Notes under the pieces: generated by a model | What the model was told of the DNA's origin: nothing | The model's database searches: none | The model's input: only the letters and a program-made list of their open reading frames with translations | Shown: positions 1 through 9,055 of the stretch, in pieces | Numbering within the stretch: the first letter of the stretch is position 1 | Layout: the number at the start of each line of letters is the position of its first letter | Translations under genes and position numbers: made by a program | Origin: an uncultured Acidobacteriaceae bacterium | Lineage (GTDB): Bacteria; Acidobacteriota; Terriglobia; Terriglobales; Acidobacteriaceae | Direction: 5' to 3' | Assembly: GCA_964248505.1 (NCBI GenBank) | Contig: CAXTYQ010000007.1 | Coordinates: 8,356-72,355, forward strand | DNA: 64,000 bases

Positions 1-452
1 ATGTTGGACTGCCTAGGTCTGGGTGCCCGCGAAGCATTCTGCGGGTTATCTCAGGCGCTCGTAAGGATCTGCGGGCGTTGCCGGCCTCTGGGAGTTAAGA
101 CGGCAACGCGCTCAAAGGGGCAGCGTGCCCCATGAGCGCAAGGTCGAACTTGTGCACTGAATCGATAGTAAAAATCGTAATGCCTGCCGCCCTATGGGAG
201 CTCGCCATGCCCCAAAGTTGCTGCCGCTGTCTGGTGCCTGATGACATCCTGGGTATCCGCCGCCCGAACACAGGATGACCGGCTCCGTAGCCTGCAAGTT
301 TTGACAGGATGAGCCGGGGTGACGCTGAGTCTACTGCCTACCGCGATATCTGATTATGTTGAAGCCAGCCGATTCCATGCAGACCCGGGCGGATGGCATC
401 CCTAGATATTTGAGGATAGACCATCTCGCCCGTGTTTGCAAGCACGACGGGC

Positions 453-830
453 TTACTTGATTTCGACGCTCGCGACGCCTTCGAACTTCTTGGCGATGGC
501 AGCGGCGTCGTCCTTGGAGATGTTCTCCTTGAGCGGCTTGGGTGCGCCATCGACGAGGTCTTTGGCTTCCTTGAGGCCGAGTGCGGTGACTTCGCGAACT
601 GCCTTGATGGTGTTGATCTTGTTGGCGCCGGCGTCTTTGAGGATGACCGTGAATTCGGTCTTCTCTTCGACGGGAGCCGCGGCTGCGGCACCGCCGCCTG
701 CAGGAGCTGCAGCTGCAACGGCCGCGGCGGCCGAGACGCCGAGGCGCTCTTCGAGCTTCTTGACCAGGGCCGAGGCCTCAAGGAGGCTGAGGCTTACGAT
801 CTGATCTTCCAATTGCTGGATGTCTGCCAT
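453..830 (-). CDS. rplL: 50S ribosomal protein L7/L12
   Basis: 125 aa; [29 protein letters not shown] signature, Ala-rich hinge; follows rplJ. Confidence 0.98.
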   Translation of the reverse strand: MADIQQLEDQIVSLSLLEASALVKKLEERLGVSAAAAVAAAAPAGGGAAAAAPVEEKTEFTVILKDAGANKINTIKAVREVTALGLKEAKDLVDGAPKPLKENISKDDAAAIAKKFEGVASVEIK

Positions 831-997
831 GATGATTTCTCCGATAGGTTTATGTGCTGCTTAGAACTTTGTGGTGCGACTGCATGTCATGAGGCCATAA
901 CGGGAGCGCCTCGGGGTGCATCTGATCCGGCCGGGTTTCCGCTGCGCCCAGACTGGCGCACCCGGATGGATCGGAGGCGAACTTGGATTGGGGCGGC

Positions 998-1828
998 CTA
1001 GCCCTCGACCGGGTCGGTGGTGGCGGCTTCTCCGGCCTGGGAGCTGGTTCCGTTTTCAGGCTGCGCCGGATCGGCTTCGGAGCTTGACGCGACAGGGTCG
1101 GCTTCGGAGGCCGGGTGCTCGGCGATCTGCTGCTCGGGTGTCGGCGTGGGCGACGCTTCGAGCACCGGCGCGGGAGACTCGATTGCGTGTGTCTCGGCGA
1201 CGAGCTGGCCGTCGACCGGAGCAGCTGCGGCCTCCGGTGCAGCCTCTTCCGCGGGCGCCGTGCTCCCTGCCTGCGAAGCGGGAGCAGTTGCGGTCGAAGC
1301 CGAGGAGAACTTCTCCTTTTCGACCGCCTGATTGATGACGACGGCGAGGTCGCGGCCGGTGGCGTTGATGACAGTCGCGAGGCGCTGGGCGGGCGAGTTG
1401 ATCAAGAAAAGCAGCTTCGAGAAGAGCTCTTCCTTGCCAGGCATGGTGGCGAGAGCGCCGATCTCTTCGACTGAGATGACTTTGCCGTCGATGATGCCGA
1501 GCTTGAAGGTAAACTCTGCGTTGTCCTTGACCCAAGTGGAGAGGGCCTTGGCGAGCGCGACGGGGTCGCCGGAGGTGTAGGCGACCGAGGAGACGCCTTT
1601 GAGACCCTGGAGCGCGGCCTCGATCTGGGTGCCTTCGCCGGCCTTGGCGGCGAGCTTGTTTTTGACGACGTGGTAGGAGCCGCCAGCGCCTCGAACGGTC
1701 TTGCGGAGGTCGACATCTTTAGCGGCCGTGAGACCGGCAAAGGTGCCGATGATGGCCGAGGTCGAGCTCCTGAGTTCACCGGCGAGCTTTTGGACGTTTT
1801 CGGTCTTTTTCGTACGAGAGAGTGCCAT
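998..1828 (-). CDS. rplJ: 50S ribosomal protein L10 with ~100-aa acidic Ala/Pro/Glu C-terminal extension
   Basis: VVKNKLA, LATMPGKEELFSKLL motifs; position between rplA and rplL. Confidence 0.95.
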   Translation of the reverse strand: MALSRTKKTENVQKLAGELRSSTSAIIGTFAGLTAAKDVDLRKTVRGAGGSYHVVKNKLAAKAGEGTQIEAALQGLKGVSSVAYTSGDPVALAKALSTWVKDNAEFTFKLGIIDGKVISVEEIGALATMPGKEELFSKLLFLINSPAQRLATVINATGRDLAVVINQAVEKEKFSSASTATAPASQAGSTAPAEEAAPEAAAAPVDGQLVAETHAIESPAPVLEASPTPTPEQQIAEHPASEADPVASSSEADPAQPENGTSSQAGEAATTDPVEG

Positions 1829-1945
1829 GAGGACGTTACCTTTTCGCTGCTGGGTCTGAGTTACCAGCTCTTTTGAGACGCGTTCGGTCTCGCGGTCAGA
1901 TATGGATTGCGGCAGGCGGATGCCGGCAAGGGGAGACAGATGCCT

Positions 1946-2662
1946 TTACGCCTGGGCTTTGCCGGCGAGTTCCGCCGCGGCGAAGTCGAGATCGATGCCT
2001 GGGCCCATGGTGGAGGAGAGCGTGATGGCCTTGATGTATTTGCCTTTGGCCGCTGACGGCTTGGCCTTGACGACCGACGAGATGATGGTCATGGCGTTGT
2101 CGACGAGCTTTTGCGGCTCAAACGAGAGTTTGCCGACTGGGACGTGCACGAGCGCGGTCTTGTCGGTGCGGAACTCGACTTTACCGGCCTTGATCTCGCG
2201 GATGGCGCCTGCGACGTCGGCGGTGACGGTGCCGGTCTTTGGATTGGGCATGAGGCCGCGGGGTCCGAGGACTTTTCCGAGGCGACCGACGGAGCGCATC
2301 ATGTCGGGGGTGGCGATAAGGGCGTCGAAGCCGGTCCAACCCTCTTTCTGGATGCGTTCGACCATCTCTTCGCCGCCGAAGAAGTCGGCGCCGGCGGCTT
2401 CGGCTTCGCGCACCTTGTCGCCTGAGGCGATGACGGCGACGGACTTCGATTTGCCGAGGCCGTGCGGGAGGACGACGGTGCCGCGGACCATCTGATCGGC
2501 GTGTTTCGGGTCGACTCCGAGCCGCAGGGTGAGGTCAACGGTCTCGTCGAACTTGGCGTACTTGGCTTTCTGCAAGAGAGGTACGGCCTCGGTGAGGACG
2601 TAAGGACGTGGCTCAACGAGCGAGCGCGCCTTTTGGAGATTTTTGGAGATCTTCTGGGACAT
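1946..2662 (-). CDS. rplA: 50S ribosomal protein L1
   Basis: [43 protein letters not shown] motifs. Confidence 0.98.
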   Translation of the reverse strand: MSQKISKNLQKARSLVEPRPYVLTEAVPLLQKAKYAKFDETVDLTLRLGVDPKHADQMVRGTVVLPHGLGKSKSVAVIASGDKVREAEAAGADFFGGEEMVERIQKEGWTGFDALIATPDMMRSVGRLGKVLGPRGLMPNPKTGTVTADVAGAIREIKAGKVEFRTDKTALVHVPVGKLSFEPQKLVDNAMTIISSVVKAKPSAAKGKYIKAITLSSTMGPGIDLDFAAAELAGKAQA

Positions 2663-2759
2663 GGCTTCCTTTGTCTTCCACCCCTGGGAAGCGAGATTGC
2701 GGGCTTCGGGCGTGGTGTATGGGACAGGCGCTCAACGCTGGCGTTGAGGCAGTCTTATG

Positions 2760-2789
2760 AGTATGCAGCTAAGTGGATGGGTGCGTCAA
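2760..2789 (-). promoter_or_regulatory. sigma70-type promoter for rplA-rplJ-rplL
   Basis: Minus strand TTGACG (2789-2784), 18-nt spacer, CATACT (2765-2760), ~100 nt upstream of rplA ATG. Confidence 0.6.
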
Positions 2790-2805
2790 GGGGTGGGGCG
2801 GAGGT

Positions 2806-3402
2806 CTAGCTCCAGATGCGGTCCAGCACCAGATCGAAGCCGGCGACGGGACCGGTGCCTTGCACGGAGGTTGGGTCGGTGTGGAGCTCGGTTGGTTCGC
2901 CGGGCCGATAGACGCTGACAGCCTTCTGCCCGGGGTCGATCAGCCAGGCGAGCTGGACTCCGTTGCGTATCCATTGCCTGAGCTTTTCCTCAAGATCCGG
3001 GAGGGAGTCGCTGGGCGAGCGGAGTTCGATAACGAAGTCGGGGCAGACAGGTGCGTACCTCGACTGCTCGGCGGGGGAGAGCGCATCCCAACAGGAGAGA
3101 CGCAGCCATGCGGCGTCGGCGGCGCGAACCGAGCCATCGGGGAGCTTGAAGCCGCCGTTTGAGTCAAAGGTGACGCCGCGGCCGTCTGCTTCGGCCCACT
3201 CATCCAGAAGTCGGCCGATCCTCATGTTCATTCTGCTGGTCCCACTCCCCGCCGGTGTCATGACGACAATCTCTCCACTCTCCTCGCGCTCCACCCGCAA
3301 GGGATCGTTTGCTGCGCAGAAGCGGAGCAAGTCATCGTCGGTCATCGGCGTCGCGGGTCGAAAGCGAAGCGGGAGCGGAGCGTTCGCGATCGTAAAGGTC
3401 AC
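2806..3402 (-). CDS. Uma2-family (PDDEXK-like) putative endonuclease
   Basis: ESGEIVVMTP, GGFKLPDGSVRAADAAW, PDFVIELRSPSD, GVQLAWLIDP; GTG start. Confidence 0.9.
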   Translation of the reverse strand: MTFTIANAPLPLRFRPATPMTDDDLLRFCAANDPLRVEREESGEIVVMTPAGSGTSRMNMRIGRLLDEWAEADGRGVTFDSNGGFKLPDGSVRAADAAWLRLSCWDALSPAEQSRYAPVCPDFVIELRSPSDSLPDLEEKLRQWIRNGVQLAWLIDPGQKAVSVYRPGEPTELHTDPTSVQGTGPVAGFDLVLDRIWS

Positions 3403-3425
3403 TTCCGGATTCTAAAGGACGGCGC

Positions 3426-3481
3426 TTGACGAAGAAACTACTCCAGAGTAACTTTAGCACAAGAGGCGAAGAAAAGGCGAA
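3426..3481 (+). promoter_or_regulatory. promoter plus 11-bp-period direct repeat (candidate SOS/LexA-type operator) upstream of radical SAM gene
   Basis: TTGACG 3426-3431, 17 nt, TAACTT 3449-3454; AGGCGAA at 3464-3470 and 3475-3481 directly before ATG 3483. Confidence 0.5.
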
Positions 3482-3482
3482 T

Positions 3483-4667
3483 ATGCGTGCTGTGACAAAT
3501 AGGGATTCTCTCTTTCCGATCCTCTCTTCCGCGCCGGTTGGGATCGCTCGTGCACCGGTGGGGATCGCTCGGCTGGCGGCTGAGGCGGAGCACGCGGACG
3601 ACGGTCATTTGGTGGAGTTCCGGGCGATGGAGGTCCGCAGCATCTTGAACCGGACGGTTTCGAAGCGGCGTCTTTCGTTGGCGTACGGCATCAATCCGTA
3701 CCGGGGATGCGAGTTTGGGTGCAAGTACTGCTACGCCCGGTATACGCACGAGTTCCTTTTGCCGGATGCGCCGGAGCAGACGGAGGAGGAGGTTGCGGGC
3801 GGGGGCGAGACTCTGGGCAGAGGTGAGCGACCGGCGTGCGGTCAGGGTGAGCGCTTGGCGCCGGGTCCGGAGCTGCGCTCGACGGGCAGACCGGAGATGT
3901 TTGAACGGCTGATTTTTCTGAAGAAGAACGCGGCGTGGCTGCTGGAGCAGGAGCTGCGCAAAGTGGATCCGGCGGAGGAGATTGCGATTGGGACGGCGAC
4001 GGACCCGTACCAGCCGATCGAGCGGCGGGCGCGGGTGACGCGGAGTTTGCTTGAGGTGTTCCGGCGGAGGTCGGGGTACCGGATCGGGATTGTGACGAAG
4101 TCTCAGCTGATTTTGCGGGATCTGGACCTGCTGGTTGAGATTGCGCGGAAGAACACGCTGGTGGTGCATCTGACGATCACGACGGCGGACGCTGTGCTGG
4201 CGCGCAAGTTGGAGCCACGTGCACCACGACCGGATCTTCGATTTGCGGCGGTCGGTCAGCTGAGGGATGCGGGGATTTGTACGGGTGTGCTGTGTTCTCC
4301 TCTGCTGCCTGGGATTAGTGACAATGAAGGTGCGCTCGCGGGCGTTGCCCGGCGTGCGGCGGAGGCGAAGGCGAGCTTCTTTGCGGCACAGCCGCTGTTT
4401 CTGAAAGCGTGCTCACGACCAACGTACCTGAGCTTTGTTCGCGAGCACTTCCCTGCCCTGGAGGGCGAGTATGCGGCGCGGTTTGCGACAGCGGACTTTG
4501 CCGCGCGGCCGTATCGGGAGGAGATGGAGGCGCTGGTCTCAAAGGTTTGCCGCAGGTATGGTCTCCCGCAGCGGTCGACAGACGCTCTGCTGACGCGGGA
4601 TGCGGGACGGAGGCCGCCGGCGAGCACTGGTCCCGAATCACCGAGTCAGCGACTCCTGTTCGGCTGA
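3483..4667 (+). CDS. radical SAM protein, spore photoproduct lyase-like (Rv2578c-type)
   Basis: INPYRGCEFGCKYCYARYTHE (CxxxCxxC), GTATDPYQPIE, IVTKS, LEPRAP. Confidence 0.88.
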   Translation: MRAVTNRDSLFPILSSAPVGIARAPVGIARLAAEAEHADDGHLVEFRAMEVRSILNRTVSKRRLSLAYGINPYRGCEFGCKYCYARYTHEFLLPDAPEQTEEEVAGGGETLGRGERPACGQGERLAPGPELRSTGRPEMFERLIFLKKNAAWLLEQELRKVDPAEEIAIGTATDPYQPIERRARVTRSLLEVFRRRSGYRIGIVTKSQLILRDLDLLVEIARKNTLVVHLTITTADAVLARKLEPRAPRPDLRFAAVGQLRDAGICTGVLCSPLLPGISDNEGALAGVARRAAEAKASFFAAQPLFLKACSRPTYLSFVREHFPALEGEYAARFATADFAARPYREEMEALVSKVCRRYGLPQRSTDALLTRDAGRRPPASTGPESPSQRLLFG

Positions 4668-6460
4668 GTTTTGTCGGCCTGAGGCGGCGGGGGCTGGTCC
4701 ATCGAGGACGTCTCGGACGGGATGGGCGCCCAGATGCGGTATCCAGGAAGCGGTGAAGAGAGTGTGAGCGATGGGCGATAGTGGGTCTCGATGTAGTCGC
4801 AGAGAGGCATGTAGATGTTGGTGGTGTGGCGTACGGGCGGAACGAAGGGCGTCATGAGAACGAAGCGGAAGGATCGGGAGGCAAGGTTGAAGTGGCAGGT
4901 GAAGGAGCCGGGAAGGAGGAGATCTTTCTCTGGCTCTCTCCGAAGTTCGTCGAGTTTTTGCTGAATCTGGACTGGTTGTGCCACGTTATCGAAGGCGTTG
5001 TAGAAGCCGGTGTCGGCGGTGTTTGGGCCTAAGGTGTCGAGGTTTGGGATGGGTTTCCCCAGAGGTGCAAGGATTGGATCGGCGCCTCCGTCGCGAGAGA
5101 GTGGAACGAGGAGCGGGGCAATGGGCGGATTCCGGCGCTGGGTCCGAACGAAGCGGAAGAGCGAGAGGGGGGCGGGAACAGCGATGAGGAGGATCAGGTA
5201 CGCCGTTAAGGTCCGCTTGATGAGGTGAGGGTGGGGTGCCAGCACGACCCACCCGGCGAAGAGAAAGCCGGTGCTGCTGACGAGCAGATGTCCGACGTCG
5301 CTTCGACCGAATGCTTCGGGGAGCAGGCAGAGGCTGAGCAGGGTGAGGTATTGGGCCGCACCGCCTCGTCCGTGGCGGCTCTGAGGCGAGTTCTGGCGAA
5401 GAGAGTTCATGAGCGCGCACACGGCAACGAGAGTTAGAGCAAAGATGGGGATCTGCTGAAGAGCGGGAAGTAGAGGAAAGTTGAATCCGCCGCCGCCCAT
5501 CATGCGCAGGGTGCGGAAGGATCCGGCGTGTCGGGCGAGGAGCAGAAGAGGTCCGGAGCCCGCGACGAAGAGGAATGAGGGAGATCGTCGCCGGCCGGAT
5601 CTGCCGAAGAAGAGGAGGTAGAGAACTGTGGCCGCGGCGAAGGCTACGGCCTGCTCCGGGGAGACGAGGAGAAGAAGGAACTCCGAGGCTAAAGCGTAGA
5701 GAGCGCCTCGGTGTGCGGAGGTCGGGGTAGAGAAGTATGGGAGCACAACGAGACAGAGAAAGGGCGCCAGGGCGAAGCGAGCCGGCGTGCTGTTGAGGCC
5801 GAAGTTGAGGATGCCGGCCCACCAGGTGAGTGCAGTGATGACGAAGATGGGTGTTCGGAGGTGGGGAGGAAGGGGTAGACGGGCGACGATCTGCCAGAGT
5901 AGGAGGACACCGAGAAGGAACTCGATGAGCCATGCGGCGTAGTAGCCGTCCGCGAGCGAGAGGTGGAGGAGTTTCGAGAGCAGGAGCGGCGGGTAGAGGA
6001 GGAGGGGTCCGTAGGCGAACTCGAAGTCGAGATAGATCTTCTGCCCACGCGCAAGGTGCTGGAGCCGGTCGAGGAAGTAGATGGCCTCTTCGGTTGCGAA
6101 ACGAGGACGAACGAAGATCCACTCGGCTGCCATGGCGGCGGCGTATGCGAGGAGGGCAGCGTAGAGGGAGGTACGCGATAGACCGGCGCCGCGCGGGTGT
6201 GCTTCCTGTTGTGAGGTCGGAGGAAGGAGGTCCAGGCCGTTGCTCCACCAGGCGAAGGCGCCGAAGAAGGCGATAAAGAGCAAGAGGCAAGCCTGGTTGT
6301 TGAAGCCGACCAGGTACGACACGGAGATGGAGGGTGTGACGGGAAACAAATAAGGGAGCAGAAAGACCGCAGTGAAGCCGACACCGAGAAACAGGGCGAT
6401 AGCTCCAGGCGATCTGCGGTGTGCGACGGTTACTGGTTCGGCAGTTGGGGAGTTCAGCAC
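4646..6460 (-). CDS. polytopic membrane protein, possibly GT-C fold glycosyltransferase
   Basis: 604 aa, >10 hydrophobic segments, DFEFAYGPLLLYPP loop after early TMs, soluble C-terminal domain. Confidence 0.65.
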   Translation of the reverse strand: MLNSPTAEPVTVAHRRSPGAIALFLGVGFTAVFLLPYLFPVTPSISVSYLVGFNNQACLLLFIAFFGAFAWWSNGLDLLPPTSQQEAHPRGAGLSRTSLYAALLAYAAAMAAEWIFVRPRFATEEAIYFLDRLQHLARGQKIYLDFEFAYGPLLLYPPLLLSKLLHLSLADGYYAAWLIEFLLGVLLLWQIVARLPLPPHLRTPIFVITALTWWAGILNFGLNSTPARFALAPFLCLVVLPYFSTPTSAHRGALYALASEFLLLLVSPEQAVAFAAATVLYLLFFGRSGRRRSPSFLFVAGSGPLLLLARHAGSFRTLRMMGGGGFNFPLLPALQQIPIFALTLVAVCALMNSLRQNSPQSRHGRGGAAQYLTLLSLCLLPEAFGRSDVGHLLVSSTGFLFAGWVVLAPHPHLIKRTLTAYLILLIAVPAPLSLFRFVRTQRRNPPIAPLLVPLSRDGGADPILAPLGKPIPNLDTLGPNTADTGFYNAFDNVAQPVQIQQKLDELRREPEKDLLLPGSFTCHFNLASRSFRFVLMTPFVPPVRHTTNIYMPLCDYIETHYRPSLTLSSPLPGYRIWAPIPSETSSMDQPPPPQADKTQPNRSR

Positions 6461-6557
6461 GTGTGAGGTCTGCTTTACCCAGAGTAGCCGGAGACGCGCG
6501 AGTTGGGGGGGCAGGTCGCGGAGGCGAGCAGGCGAACCTGAGTGGAGACGTAAGACG

Positions 6558-6587
6558 AGCGAAGCCCGGCCGAGGCCGGGCTTCGCT
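6558..6587 (-). terminator. GC-rich hairpin just downstream of rplK
   Basis: 13-bp perfect stem agcgaagcccggc/gccgggcttcgct with 4-nt loop; only weak U-tract. Confidence 0.55.
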
Positions 6588-6609
6588 TGGAGGGTCTGAG
6601 GAGTCGAGT

Positions 6610-7044
6610 CTAAGCGGTGACTTCGATGCCCATGGACCGGGCGGTTCCACGGATGCTTTTGGCGGCTGCTTCGACCGAGGCGGCGTTGAGGTCAGGGAGC
6701 TTCTGGGTAGCGATCTCGATGATCTGCTTTTCGGTGACCTTGCCGAGCTTCTCTTTGTTGGGAGTGCCGGAGCCTTTGGGGATGCCGGCGGCTTTGAGCA
6801 GGAGGACGGCCGCGGGTGGGGTTTTGGTGATAAAGGAGAAGGTGCGGTCGGCGAAGACGGTGATCACGACGGGGATGGTGAGGCCAGCCATGGCGGGGTC
6901 TTTGGTGCGTTCGTTGAATTGCTTGCAGAACTCCATGATGTTGACCTGGGCCTGACCGAGCGCGGGGCCGATGGGAGGGGCGGGGGTGGCCTTGCCGGCC
7001 ATGACCTGGAGCTTGACGTATCCGTTGATCTTCTTGGGTGCCAT
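6610..7044 (-). CDS. rplK: 50S ribosomal protein L11
   Basis: [32 protein letters not shown]. Confidence 0.98.
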   Translation of the reverse strand: MAPKKINGYVKLQVMAGKATPAPPIGPALGQAQVNIMEFCKQFNERTKDPAMAGLTIPVVITVFADRTFSFITKTPPAAVLLLKAAGIPKGSGTPNKEKLGKVTEKQIIEIATQKLPDLNAASVEAAAKSIRGTARSMGIEVTA

Positions 7045-7131
7045 GTTGCTTCCTCTTTTGCGTCTAGAGCGGCGGGCGCGGGGCCAGCGGCTGAGATGGG
7101 GGTGAAAGTTGGGTCGGGTGAGGGTGCGGTG

Positions 7132-7773
7132 TTATGCCTCGACCTTGTCAACCTTGGAGAATTCGATTTCGACGGGGGTGGACCGGCCGAAGATGGAGAC
7201 CATGACTTTGAGGGTCTGGCGATCTTCGTTGACGTCGTCGACGGTACCAGTGAAGTTGGCGAAGGGGCCCTCGTTGATGCGGACCTGTTCGCCTTTGCCG
7301 AACTTGATGGTGAGGCTAGGCTTGTCCTTGGAGGCGTCGGTGCGGAAGAGGATCGAGCTGACCTCTTGTTCGGAGAGCGCGACGGGGTTGTCGCCGGTGC
7401 CGAGGAAGCCGGTGACGCGGGGAGTGTTTTTGATGACGTGCCAGAGATCGTTATCGAGCTCCATTTCGACCAGCACATAGCCGGGGAGGAAGACGCGATC
7501 GGTGGTGTATTTCTTGCCGTTGCGGAGTTCGGTGACGGGCTCGGTCGGGATCATGATGCGGCCGATGCGGTTTTCGAGGCCAAAGGCACGGATGCGGCTT
7601 TCGAGCGATTCGCGGACTTTGCGCTCGAAGCCGGAGTACGCGTGAATGATGTACCACTTGAAGTTTTGATTGACGGGCGGAGCGAGTTGTTCGCCGGGAA
7701 GTTTCGGGCCACCGTCGCCGGCGGGTGTGCCGTCTGGATTGAGGTCGCCTGATATGTGCTCGTCTGCCGCCAT
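7132..7773 (-). CDS. nusG: transcription termination/antitermination factor NusG
   Basis: WYIIHAYSGFE, PGYVLVEM, TPRVTGFLG, KOW GPFANFTG, SIFGRSTPVE; start 7773 or 7794. Confidence 0.97.
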   Translation of the reverse strand: MAADEHISGDLNPDGTPAGDGGPKLPGEQLAPPVNQNFKWYIIHAYSGFERKVRESLESRIRAFGLENRIGRIMIPTEPVTELRNGKKYTTDRVFLPGYVLVEMELDNDLWHVIKNTPRVTGFLGTGDNPVALSEQEVSSILFRTDASKDKPSLTIKFGKGEQVRINEGPFANFTGTVDDVNEDRQTLKVMVSIFGRSTPVEIEFSKVDKVEA

Positions 7774-7855
7774 GAGGGTGCCTTTTTCTTGCATTGTTGC
7801 GCTCTTTCTCTTAGTAAGAAGTGGCTCTGAAGCTGGCCGGAGAGGATCGGCGCGT

Positions 7856-8116
7856 TTAGTGCTGGATCAGGCTGTGGAGCAGACGCTCGATCAGGTTGCC
7901 GATGGCGGTATCGATGAGCCAGAAGTACGCGGCAAAGATGAAGACCGTGATGATGACGACGGTTGTGGTTGCCTGGACCTCGGTGCGCGACGGCGTGATG
8001 ACCTTGCGCATTTCGCTGCGGACGTCTTTGAGGTAGGCGACGAAGCGTTCCGGCTGCGATTTGATCTGCTGGATGCCGGTGGTGGGCTGATCGGCGACGA
8101 CGATGGTTTTAGCCAT
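7856..8116 (-). CDS. secE: preprotein translocase subunit SecE
   Basis: EMRKVITPSR motif followed by one TM; between tRNA-Trp and nusG. Confidence 0.95.
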   Translation of the reverse strand: MAKTIVVADQPTTGIQQIKSQPERFVAYLKDVRSEMRKVITPSRTEVQATTTVVIITVFIFAAYFWLIDTAIGNLIERLLHSLIQH

Positions 8117-8183
8117 GGTGCTCTCTCGGGAAGCTGGTACTACGGTATTTTCGCACGTTGTCCGGGTGAGGGCACGGGCTGTT

Positions 8184-8259
8184 TGGCAGGGGCGCTCGGA
8201 TTCGAACCGAGAAGTTCGGTTTTGGAGACCGACAGTTTAACCGTTGAGCTTACGCCCCT
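8184..8259 (-). tRNA. tRNA-Trp (CCA)
   Basis: 76 nt, acceptor AGGGGCG/CGCCCCT, anticodon loop CTCCAAA, TTCGAAT T-loop, encoded CCA. Confidence 0.96.
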
Positions 8260-8326
8260 GTGATGGGAGGCGGGCTTTCTGGCCCAACCTCTAAGCGACC
8301 AAGCCGGTCTGGTGTTTTGACCGGGG

Positions 8327-8476
8327 TTACTTGGTTTCTTTGTGATCTGTGTGCTTGCGGCAGGTGTTGCAGAACTTTGAGAACTCGAGCCGGCCAGTGG
8401 TGGTTTTCTTGTTTTTGGTGGTCGAGTAGTTCCGGTTCTTGCAGGTCGGGCACTGGAGTGTGATGATTTCGCGCAA
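8327..8476 (-). CDS. rpmG: 50S ribosomal protein L33 (zinc-binding CxxC..CxxC type)
   Basis: TTG start after AAGGA; [22 protein letters not shown]...[16 protein letters not shown], 49 aa. Confidence 0.96.
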   Translation of the reverse strand: MREIITLQCPTCKNRNYSTTKNKKTTTGRLEFSKFCNTCRKHTDHKETK

Positions 8477-8650
8477 TTTGGTTTCCTTTCGGGTTTGGCC
8501 AGCCACCTCGGCTGGCAAGCAGCGTGGTTCCAATGTGGCGACCACGCCGCAGGGCTTGAGGCCTGCTGCCGGATCCTGAGTTGTGTCCGAGGAGAGAGCG
8601 GTCAGGCCACGCTGATCCTAGCTAATTATCGCTTAAATCGGCGTTTCCGA

Positions 8651-8690
8651 AAAGTACGGACAGGGGATCCAAAGTACGGACAGGGGATCC
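8651..8690. repeat. perfect 20-bp tandem duplication
   Basis: aaagtacggacaggggatcc x2 in the rpmG/yggS divergent intergenic region. Confidence 0.9.
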
Positions 8691-9055
8691 GTATACCAGG
8701 CAGGCGGTGCTATTCGTTCCAGAGCTTGTGTGTGGTCAGACGAAAGCCAACAACTACTTCGTCTGCCTGAACCGAATCTGGATGATGGAGCAGATCGATG
8801 GAGCCGTCCGCGCGGTAGACGCGAATCGTAGCTGCATACGGGTCGATGAGCCAAGCCAGCTGCGCACCGTTGGCGATCCACATCTCCATCTTCGCTTCGA
8901 GAACAGCGCGCGAGTCACTGTCGGAAGAGACGCCCCGCCGACATGGGTTTTCTGTGGCAAGTGAGGCCCAGATCTAAATGAACTTTCTTGGGTACGAGAA
9001 CATCGGCCATCCTCTTTTCAACCTGCAGCCTCTGTGAGCCCGGTAGACTTACGCC

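Noticed and set aside
1-452. rpoB start or leader RNA downstream of rplL
   Set aside because: rpoB is expected by synteny just outside the window; no coding signature or definable RNA within it.
1829-1945. L10 leader RNA
   Set aside because: Small hairpins are present but I could not match the consensus by eye; needs an Infernal search.
2806-3402. Uma2 gene as a defence system or mobile element
   Set aside because: No methylase, terminal repeats or partner; such genes are common singletons.
4986-7752. Long alternative-frame ORFs (554 aa, 443 aa and similar throughout)
   Set aside because: Shadow ORFs of high-GC genes with Arg/Pro-rich nonsense composition.
8707-8964. 85-aa ORF between rpmG and yggS
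   Set aside because: No recognisable motif and atypical codon use; cannot support as a gene.
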